Below are positions 10,347 through 20,446 of a stretch of DNA of 37,958 nucleotides, one piece after another. The stretch's first letter is position 1; each line of letters opens with the position of its first letter. The stretch comes from Nemertoderma westbladi (lineage: Eukaryota > Animalia > Xenacoelomorpha), in the NCBI GenBank assembly GCA_032718475.1, contig JAUCBJ010008844.1, positions 1-37,958 on the forward strand, in the 5' to 3' direction. The notes beneath the pieces were generated by a model. The model searched no databases. It was not told where the DNA came from and saw only the letters and a program-made list of their open reading frames with translations. The position numbers and the translations under genes were made by a program.

Positions 10347-11496
10347 TTAAGCTAAAAGGTGGATACGACATCCTGGTCTATTATCTGTAGCTGAGCAACG
10401 CAATCCTTTTTATTTACTAAATTTAGTAGATTTACTTTTAAATCTATTTTTTTTTATCAAATATATTAAATCAGATGTTCAAGGGATGTTTTTAAGAGTT
10501 TATTTGCCATGTTAATAGGCCAAGCTAAACAGATTTAGAAATTATTAAAAAAGCTTATTGCATTAATTTTTCTGAAATTTGGTGTTATGTGCGTGCAGAC
10601 GCCTACCTATTAATTCTAATACAATGTAATTAAAATAAAACGAGAGCTTGACTTTTCGATTTTTTTATAATTATATCTATAATTATCCGCTAAGTAATTA
10701 TCTATAATAAATCTATAATTATCCCTTATAAAACAAACTATAAAATATTTTCAGTTATTAAATCAACTTGTTTAGTACATAATATACAATACTATTATTG
10801 GGCAATTATTGTAATTATATTTTTATAATTTTTAGTGCGTTCTACCTCATTAATTATGTATTACAAGATTGTATTTGGACTTTCCATACAATTCTCTATT
10901 TTATCTACCGTAGTAGAAAATTAATTAATAGATAGATATACCCAGAGTTGCTGTGCATTTATTATATTAAAACTAAACAGCTTCCATATATACATTTGTA
11001 ACTTACAGTAGGTTTACATAATATTTTATTGCTTTAGCCAGTATATTATTCATTCATATTTACTTTTATGTCTATAGCAACGTTTTCTATATAATATTTT
11101 TGTATATATACTGTAGTATAAATATATCGTATTTCATTAATATAATACAATATTACTTTTTAGTTGTAGTAATTTTACCATCATTAAATGATAATATCTA
11201 AGTTACGTAATTTATACTTAAAAAATAATATTAATGGATGAAATAAGTATATTTATAGTCCCCCGCTATTTATCTAAATTTAAGAATAGTTTGTAAATTA
11301 ATTCGAAAAGAAAAAATGTTGATTCTTTGAATAACTTAAGTAAGTATTCGTGCGAAACACAATTCACCCGAGGCAACCCGAATGCTCCTCTCTGCGATAC
11401 TATGTATTGGTAATAGATTCACTTTTTCTGACAATCACATCTAAAGTATTTCGATGAAATTTTACTTTACTTATAAAAAATTTAGCATTATATTGA

Positions 11497-11772
11497 TGCA
11501 GGACATTGCTTTCGCCGTGAGAACCAGCCAGTGCATAATCTTGTGCTTTGGCGGCCTCTCAGATTGAATAAGCATGGTGGATTGCCCATGACTTTCTTGG
11601 GACGCATCTTGAAAGGACACCGGCCTTGAAGATACGTTTGATCTAGCAAATGTCATGGGTGATAGGGAGTTGTGGCGACGCAATATTGCAAATAAGCCGG
11701 CACATCATTCTTAATATATATGTAATACAAACATAATGTAGCTGCAATGCAGCTTGCCGATAGTAGTAGTAG
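11497..11772 (+). mobile_element. 5'-truncated 3' end of an RTE-like LINE
   Basis: Encodes AGHCFRRENQPVHNLVLW and ends in a (TAG)n tail; homologous to the opposite-strand copy at 13752-14260. Confidence 0.75.
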
Positions 11773-11858
11773 ATAGATGCTGGGCTCCAACTGCTGAGGA
11801 CAAGAAACAAGATCTCCTATAATACTCAATATGACTCATACACAAGAATGCCATTTCG

Positions 11859-12182
11859 TACGGAAGCCCATAACGGCCATGTCGCGCGCAAACTTCAATG
11901 TCAAGCGCGCAAACTTTATGCCATTTCCGTGTAGAAATATTTGCGCGCTCGACATGGAAGTTTGCGCGCGCGACATGAAAGTTTGCCCGCGCGACATGAA
12001 AGTTTGCGCGCGCGACAAACGTCCTTCGCGCGCGCAAACTTCCATGTCGCGCGCGCAAACTTACACGTCGCGCGCGCAAACTTACATGTCGCGCGCGCAA
12101 ATGTTTCTACACGAAAATGGCATAAAGTTTGCGCGCTTGACATGGAAGTTTGCGCGCGACATGGCCGTTATGGGCTTCCGTA
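11859..12182. mobile_element. 324-bp fully palindromic MITE, IS3EU-like
   Basis: Termini TACGGAAGCCCATAACGGCC...GGCCGTTATGGGCTTCCGTA; 6-bp direct repeat ATTTCG on both sides (11853-11858, 12183-12188); ~157-bp arms around a ~10-nt loop; internal 21-bp repeats. Confidence 0.85.
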
Positions 12183-12361
12183 ATTTCGGGATCACAGTCA
12201 AGTACAATGCGCAGATCTCCGTCTAGATATTACACAGCATCGGTCTCATTTAACGGAGCTGCCCCCACTTTCCAGGACATTGCTTTTGCCGAGAGGACCA
12301 GTCACTGTGTGGTTAAATTAAGATTTACTCGACAAATTTAGCAAAGAATTTGGGTGAATTA

Positions 12362-12530
12362 TTCGACTCTATGACCCATTACAATCCAATATATTAGATC
12401 TACCACTAGTAGGTCGAGTGAGCTCGGTCAGTGGAAATTAGATCTTACCAGGCTTCCCGATTCTCCTTGGTCATTAAAAAATGGTTTTAATTTTACCTGA
12501 TATTAGATCGTCATGGGCCAAAGAGTCAAA
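12362..12530. mobile_element. Small degenerate inverted-repeat element (possible old MITE)
   Basis: GACTCTATGACCCATTACAATCCAATAT (12365) matches the reverse complement of ATATTAGATCGTCATGGGCCAAAGAGTC (ends 12527) at 23/28 positions. Confidence 0.5.
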
Positions 12531-12689
12531 AAATGTAATGCAAATCCGTGGGCTATCCCAACTACTAGGGTAGAGTTATGCCGGCCAGCCAATCGGTTTT
12601 GTTGGCTGTAATTAATTATTTCGATACCAATTTAGCCAAAAGCACTGCGAGTGAAGTAAGAAGATGAGTTTCCTCAGGTTACCCCATCA

Positions 12690-12950
12690 GGGAATATGAC
12701 TTTTCACCCATTTTTGGGTCGCCCGGCCGCTCTCGACGTGAAGTATGGCCTCTACGAATCCATCTTCATTCCGCATTCCTGACCCGCCGAACATTCAGCG
12801 CACACTAGGGGCATTCTTCACTGGTCGGATTTACTGAACTAATTACAAGGGGGATGTTTGCCTGCACGCGTCGTGAACTGTAAGCCATTGCGTGGATCCC
12901 GGCTTGGCCGCCTGTGCGCCAATCTATTCCGCTCGCACGGAATTGCATTC
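12690..12950 (-). pseudogene. Possible decayed LINE ORF2 C-terminal fragment
   Basis: GC-richer patch with an R-PGRPK-type motif on the - strand; frame broken. Confidence 0.25.
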
Positions 12951-13751
12951 TGTTGAGTTAATCCCAACGGACGCCACCAGGCTAATACAACGCTGTCAAG
13001 TTGAAACTTAAAACTCTAGGATTTTAGGAAGAAAACTTGTTGAGTATCGTGCTTTCGACAAAATTGCATTATAATATGGAATCTTTGCAAGCTGCGTAGT
13101 TTTCCAAACGGTATATGCATTTCCTGTATATTAATTAGGTGTGATTCATGATGTAGAACGTACCGAATTCTTCAAGGTAAAGGTACAACTAGAGATATGA
13201 TAGCAGCTATACCTGCGATATAAGATATGCAAGAAGTATTAAACGCAATGGGATACAAAAATATTGATTATAGTCTAGATGTTACTTGATTAGGCAAACA
13301 TATTCCATATATCATTATATTTAATAAAAACAAGTTAGTGCATAAATTTCCTATCCTATAACAACTGTATTTCCTAACTCACACATACCTTGTTCACATA
13401 CCACCGTAAACAACGATTTTAATATATAAAGTTGTGTTTTTGAGGGATGGCTAACATTCAAGGATTTGTAAAGCACCATGTATCATTTTGAATTTTTGGT
13501 TAGATACATGAAACATAAACTTGCCAGTGAATCTAAACACTGGTCTACACAATAACGAATCGCATCATCATTTATTAAGGTGGTACTGATTGTGGGCTAC
13601 TTACCCACTAGTGTTGCCCCAGTTGAAGAGATGACACATTTCTACTACAGCGCAAAGTCTACAAGCAGCTACTGGTGGAGAGGATCTGCATGAATTCTCA
13701 CCTTTTTCCTAGGTGACTTTAATGCAAGTACATTAATCATCAAAATTACCG

Positions 13752-14260
13752 TACTACTACTACTTACTATAATCGACCTGCTGCATTGAAACCGCATATT
13801 GAGATGCTATGCCGGTTTAACTAAAACATTTTGTCACCACCATTTGCAATCCAACACTGGCAAGCCCAATGCAGCGTGCATTAAGAATGCTATGCCGGCT
13901 TATCAATAAAGTTGCACCGCCACAACTCCCTATCCCACATGACTTTCGCGAGATTATCCGCATCTTCAAGGCCAATATACTTTAGGAGGCGTCTCACGAA
14001 TGTCGCGGCATGTCCACCATGCTTGTTTTCTCCATGGGGTGACCAAAACACAGGATTATGCACTGGCTGGTCCTCACGGCGAAAGCAGTGTCCTGCAAAG
14101 CGGATGCGGCTTTGTTCAAGTGTCAAGCTTGGGGGAACCAATGATACACCTCCAATGTTATATAGTGTCGGGTTGGAGATGTGTGCATTTATTTGACACA
14201 GTGAACCCGACGTAGCATTCTTGCGAATACGCCATCCAGAGATTTGGTATCCTACCGTAG
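13752..14260 (-). mobile_element. 3' part of an RTE-like LINE (decayed)
   Basis: LDGVFARMLRRV and RIRFAGHCFRREDQPVHNPVFW...WDRELWR, typical of the RTE ORF C-terminus; AGT-type tail near 13752-13770. Confidence 0.8.
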
Positions 14261-14579
14261 GACTAGAGCGATGGTGTCAACCAAAATTCTGCGCATTTTT
14301 CTGTGCAGGATTTAATCTCTATAAGTTTATTGTTTACGGCTGGAACCTAGTTCAATAAGCGAACAGGAATATTTATTGCAACAGCACAGTGAAAGATCCA
14401 GCATCACACTACATTGGAGATGGTCTTGCTTCTGCAAAAACAGTTCCTGTACAGCCACGATCAGAAAAACAGGTCTCTAGACTGACCACAGAATTCGGAA
14501 GTGCCTCAACGACCTCTCTATGGAACAGATTGAGTCCTGCCGACTCGGGCGCACTTTGACATCCAATGATGTAGTTAAG

Positions 14580-15597
14580 GCTGCATCTAGAACCCTCAAC
14601 AGGCAGTATGTTAATTAAGCCAGGAAAAGGAGTAGGAGAAGCCTACCAACTACCACTGTCAACTGTCAAGGCTGAATCCTCGTGTGAACGCCTCAATGGC
14701 TGGGAGGGCCAATTTGAGAAGCTGCTAAACAATGACATGATATTGCATGATAACTATATGATATATCGTGTGTCTGAGTCTCTCATAGATATACCCGTTG
14801 GTGATATCCCCTTTGCCGAAGTCAAGTCTGCAGCAAAGAATAAGGCCAATTGTGCCAGTGGAGTAGAATTGTCCCCCCTGAGGTTTTTAACATAAATAAG
14901 TAATTGAAGCTCATTCACACCATTATCCCAGACATGTATCGATCATGTATGATCAAAGATAGTCACACAAGAAATGAAAACAAATAAGTTGGTCCCTGTT
15001 CCCAAGAACAATCTATGAGAACAGAAGCAACCTAACACTCTATGAATCTTCTCATAGAATCTAATTGTTCTCGATTGCTACAATGCATATATTATAATTA
15101 TACAATTTACTATAAAATAAACTTCTCTCACTCACGTATGTTCGGCATACTTGTATTTGCAACTTTGCCACTTACATTTGTGTCTACTGCTGATGATGAC
15201 ACAGATCCATTTGAAGTCATCTGGGGAGTCCTTTAGGGTGACAAACCTGCGCCATTCTTGTTCATAATTGTGATAGACTATGTTCTACGCATGTCCTTAG
15301 ACCATCATAATAGGGGTGATGGTAACACCATCTACTGGCTTAAGAAGTAGAGGAAATCCTCTCTACCTTACTTATCTAGATGATTGAATGATGAATTAGG
15401 AGTATTGTTGCAATCACTACAAGGAGCGCAAAGGCTCCTCTAGTCATTGGAACAGGCTGTATCTAATGTTGGTCTTTTTGTAAACTCCAAGAAGACTTTT
15501 TGATAGTTAACTTTGAAAGTCCTCAAGAAATGTCTGATCGTAAGTAATGGCATAAGCTCCAAAGATGGCTTGCTTGAGCAAGTGGATGACTTCCACA
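14580..15597 (+). pseudogene. Decayed RTE-like reverse transcriptase region
   Basis: GVL*GDKPAPFLFIIVIDYVLR at ~15223-15290, YLDD remnant at ~15372, LLEQVDDF at ~15570; multiple stops and frameshifts. Confidence 0.75.
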
Positions 15598-15699
15598 GTT
15601 TACACGGTTTTCTGAACACCGTTTTCTAATTTATTAATTAACTTTATGAACTTAATTAACCTTAGCATACTTTATGAATGCATAATAAAAAAATCAGCT

Positions 15700-16440
15700 A
15701 ATATCATACCTAGGCAAATACGCAATACTCACAGAATACCAACACGGATTTAGAAAACGATTTACTACCACTGACGCAATACTAACTGTTCCTGAACGAC
15801 TACATCAAGCGCTAGACCAACGCGATATTCTTGTTTAATATCGATTGACTTAAAACAGGCCTTCGAAACTCTGGACCACAAAATATTAATAAACCAATTG
15901 CACTGCTATGGTATCAGAGGCCTTCCACACCAACTATCACTAATCTCACTGACCGTTCACACGCTGTAGTACTTCACAATACTCACTCCGATCCACTAAC
16001 CCTACACTTTGTGGTACCGCACAAGGAGCCATTTTGAGCGCTATTTCTACTATATGTAAACGACCTTCCAAATTGTACTGACTTATTATATACACTTTTT
16101 GCGGACGACACTAAACTACGTCATATACAAAATAATCCTAATACTATTGATACAAACGTAAACCACCAACTAATTAATATAAACGACTGGCTAACAGATA
16201 ACAGACTATCTCTAAACTTAAAAAAATTGAATATTTATTTTTTAATAAACCAACGCATATACAAAACTTGCAAATAAATAATTATATATATAAATGAAAA
16301 AAATTGAACTAAATTTCTTGGTATCATGGAAATATCACTGCTCATATATCATTAAAAAAAATATTTAAAACATGGGGTATATTTTTAAAATTCGTCATAT
16401 TCTCCCTCTGCATATATTAAGAACTATTTACAAAGCCATT
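15700..16440 (+). pseudogene. Decayed CR1-group (Crack/L2-like) RT fragment
   Basis: IDLKQ-AFETLDHKIL, LFLLYVNDLP, LFADDT, WLTDNRLSLNLKK and IRHILPLHIL remnants; related to the element at 35183-36020. Confidence 0.75.
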
Positions 16441-16444
16441 AGCA

Positions 16445-17030
16445 GCACAAATCCATTAGGGTATTGAAAGGTCCATAGCTTCCCTTTACTCTTTTCGAAT
16501 GTTTTGTTTGTTGGTATCAATTCACATTCCTCCATTAGGTCTAAAAGTAAGTTAGAACTTGTTGTTATAGGTGTAACCTTTGATGTCTTCTGGGCCAATT
16601 TGCGCATTCAGGTCACCAGCAATGACTTTAACATTGTGTTTCGGAATGTCCTTTATAAGTCCAGTCAGATCTTCATAAAACTTGACTGCTTGTTCTGGCT
16701 CTGAGGCATTGGTTGGACTGTAGCAAAATATAACTGTTGTCTTGGGATTCCCATCAAATGTTGCGATCATAACCCTGGAATTTATAGATTCGATATTGTT
16801 TAGGGTCTTAAGTGCAAATGGGCTTAGCGGAATTCCTACTCCGCCAATTGATGCATTGGCCGAGTTTCTTACTGCTGAGCTTGTTACTAACGTCCATCCA
16901 TTTCCAATGTCATTGTACTTCATGGCAGTGTCTTCATGACAAATCCGATGTTCTTGGATGCAGATGATGTCGATGTTATATTCCATTGCCAGAGCAACCA
17001 TGTCACCCTGTTTGCTATGTGCTTTCATAC
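16445..17030 (-). pseudogene. RTE-like APE endonuclease fragment
   Basis: IDIICIQEHR, GGVG, CYSPTN, AGDLNAQIG, continuing after a break as LLLDLMEECELIPTNKTFEKSKGKLWTFQYPNG. Confidence 0.85.
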
Positions 17031-18115
17031 ATTCAATGATACATTATTATTAATAAAATACTAACTATTAATCTTAGCCCTTAACATAAATAACTCGATT
17101 TCAGTCTATACTTTTCACAGTGGTCTAGAATCCCCGTTTTGTGCCAAAATTCATTAATTCGAAAAGTATTCACATTTTGAGAACACCTTTTCTCCAATAC
17201 CGGTTTTCGAGGGTGCTGAATAATTTCAGAATGATCTCGAATTATGAACATGTCCGTTGTTCCATTTCTTAGCACAAGATTAAATTGGTAAATCAGCACA
17301 TACAATTAATAGTGCTACAATGTCACATAATTTGCTTCTAATGAATTTTCAAGGGTACTCTTTCAAGGGTACTATTATCACTTAGTGGCACAGTAATAAC
17401 TGTTGATAGAATATGGCACATGCAAAATGGCACAAAATATCACAATACTGCTCGACTAAAAAAGTAAAATTTTTAGTTTTTACAGGTTTTCAAGGGTGCC
17501 AAAGCGATTAAAAATGGTTTCGAATCCAGTAGTGGCACAGATGTGCCACACACTTTCTAGCTCGTGCCACATGGCACGACATGTCAAATATCAAATAAAG
17601 GTAAATATGTTTTACAGATGTTGGCTTAAATTGGATATGATATAGGTGTATCTGATTCGATTAAAAAATCAGTTAAATTTGCCACAAGTGTGCCATGAAT
17701 AACACAAAATGATTTCCTCACTTATCATTTGTTTCTAGAGCTTTCCAGTGAAAATTCATTAATTGTTTTGGGTTAGGCCTATCGTAATATACCGGTATCC
17801 TACATCTCTATATGCAAACAGGGTAAAAGTAATAATTTCAAGAATACAATAACTAAATTTTTTGAATTTCAATTTTCTGACAAAGGGGCAAGTGAGGGCA
17901 GCTATTTTTCGGTGTTCTATTAAGTATATAGGCTACACTACAGAATTTGAGTGGTATCTAGCGGGACAAAAATTTACAGGCTTTTCAAAATGTGAAAAAT
18001 TGAAATTTTTTGCAAGTATTTAAACCTATTTAAACGAGAGAACTTCGAGAACACTTGCTCATATGGTGTAACTGATGCTAGTTTTGAAATCGTCTCGTTG
18101 AGAATATCAGTTTAA

Positions 18116-18842
18116 GGAGGGGGTACACCATTTTCGGACAACTCTTCGATTTATCACTCTCAGCGTTTCAAAATTGTTTGGTTTTAGATAAAATTTTGAA
18201 TATAGGTGCCTAAGATGCTATTCTACATGACAGGTCAGAAAAAAATATTTTTTTCGGCTATTTAATATTAGTTAATACAAGTTAACAATAAAAAAAACTT
18301 GGTTGCGCATAAAACCCTAAGGCATTTACAGTTTTGACTCTAATCACATGAAAGTTTTTTTATATGATATATCAAAGATGGGGCAACATAACTATCAGGC
18401 GAAATTTTGTGAAAATAATTCTGCACCGCTAGGTGGCGCTGCAAATTTATGCAAATTTTTAGGTTTGTTATAAATAGTATTCAATTTTATTAACAAAAAA
18501 TTTCGAAAAGTTGTCTGATACTTTTATGCAGGGTGGCTATGTAGACACCCACAGAAAGCTTCAGACTAATTGCTCAAAAATTATAGAAGTAGTAGGGTTT
18601 TGAAGTTGACAATTTCATGAAAAAAATATTTGGAGATAATCGAACTTTCATTATACATAGCAATAGTAATTTCAATAGGAATCCCTAAATGGAAATTGTT
18701 ATAACTTTAAAACTAAAAGAGCTATTAAATAGCGGTTTTCAGATTCGGAAACACCCTTCAATGGTGCATTATAACAGACCATAAAAAAAATTTCGACATA
18801 TTTTGGACCAAAATGGTGTACCCCACCCCCCCCCCCCCCCCC
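18116..18842. mobile_element. Non-autonomous DNA transposon, Kolobok-like
   Basis: TTAA at 18112-18115 and 18843-18846; inverted GGGGTACACCATTTT / AAAATGGTGTACCCC near the ends, the right end with an expanded poly-C run. Confidence 0.75.
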
Positions 18843-19264
18843 TTAAGAAAAACGTTTGTCATATTTTGCCAACTATTAACGATTTTATAGGAAAACAATT
18901 TTCATTAAAAAATCAAAATTTTGTATAAAATATTGATTTTTATCAAATTTTCGCTACTTTTAGTCAAAATGTTTTTGAAGACCATTTATGTTAGCTTTAA
19001 TTTGAGATAATAAAAAACAAAATCGGAAGCAACATTTTTTTGCAATTTTGGCCACATCTGGACTAATGAGCTTTGGCGGGATGTGTGTGTGATCATTGAA
19101 TGACTTAATTAATAATAACACAAATATCCAATTTGTCGTAATTGCTCACAGGCAATAGAAAGCAAATCTAGCTCACCGCTACTGCATTATGATGTCCCCA
19201 AACAGGATATTAAACATAAAAAAAACTGTCCATCTAAAAATTAATTGTTCAAAGCCATTATATT

Positions 19265-20438
19265 TGTTCGCGCTTTCAGACCTTTGGCAGTTTAACCCGC
19301 CAAATTAAGATGTCTTCTAGATATTAAATCGGTTTTTAGTCTATGACAAGTATTTGATTCACTACACTAGTCGAAACCAATCTGTGCGCGATCATTCACC
19401 CGCTGGATATACCCGGGAGATTGGGTTCGACGGCTTAATCGTATTGCTATGTAGGCCTAATGTATTATTCGACTGACAGTATTATATAATCTCTGACAAT
19501 ATTATTCACCTTCGGGAAATATTAACAGTTCCTTTAGGACGTGGCGCTCTACCTATATAAACAGAGTTATGACTTAAACTACTCACAACGATATGGCTTA
19601 GTTATAATTCACATATATGGCGCATTCTTTAGGAAATGCTTCGTTATCAGTCTCACTCATACACAATGCTGCACAATACTGCACACTAATCTGCCGATCT
19701 TCACTGATTTTAGTCACATATAAAAGGAACACGGACCGAATCATGTAGGGTCTATCAAATAACATTAGATTTACTTCAAACCACTTTAACATAAGTCACA
19801 ATCGTTATATGTAACCTTTCTCTCTTACCTTCGGTATATCAAGAATATTGGGTTTTCGTGGTTATTTATCGTTATTCCAAATATAATAATTCATCAACCA
19901 TATTATGAAGAACTGACAGTAAATAGCAGTATAACAATATAAAAGTATGCACAGGTTGTTTGATTAGGTATGGTATGTTATGTTATGTTGAGTTTAGATA
20001 ACGGATATATGTCCTTATAATTAAGCCTACTAGTGTAAGACTAAAAACTGAAAACACGGAGGTGCCAAAAGCCGGTTCTTAGGCTCTGGGCAAAACATAA
20101 CACTGAACTACTGAGCCTCTGTATACACCTCCAACACAGAGACAACAAACGCTCTGATTGGTCAACCGAACAACGAGAGAACAAAGAAACAAAGAACTGT
20201 CGACGTGGCAATATCAGCTGCTAGCCGTCGTCATGGCAGCGCCATTGTTTTCAAGAGTATCCAGCTATTGCGTCACGAAATTACGGATTATGTCCTTTAA
20301 AGTACACATACAGAAGAAATGACTTTTATGTCCTCTAAAACACCAGTACAGTAAGAACACGGCCTTTTTATGCCTGGTAAACCAACTACAGAGTACTTTA
20401 CGGGAAAATAACCGGCTAATTACGCAAAAGCTTTTACA
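19265..20438 (-). repeat. 3' LTR (1174 bp)
   Basis: TGTTCGCG...CTTTTACA on +; about a dozen differences from the other LTR by eye. Confidence 0.97.
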
Positions 20439-20446
20439 CTGCTCCC
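20439..20446 (-). promoter_or_regulatory. Short polypurine tract (GGGAGCAG) immediately before the 3' LTR
   Basis: The - strand reads TTTTCTGGGAGCAG|TGTAAAAG; position agrees with gag orientation. Confidence 0.55.

Noticed and set aside
9649-10350. piggyBac assignment for the TTAA-flanked elements
   Set aside because: piggyBac ends begin with pyrimidines (CC/YY); these begin with GG.
11711-12341. Arg/Ala-rich ORFs on both strands
   Set aside because: Products of the palindromic MITE's 21-bp repeats.
19550-19730. Plus-strand TATA-like boxes suggesting the LTR element is on the + strand
   Set aside because: gag-pro and the purine tract both define the - strand; TATA-like words are common in AT-rich DNA.
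19541-19792. Short ORFs duplicated at 30851-31102
   Set aside because: They lie inside the LTRs, so duplication is expected; no recognisable protein features.
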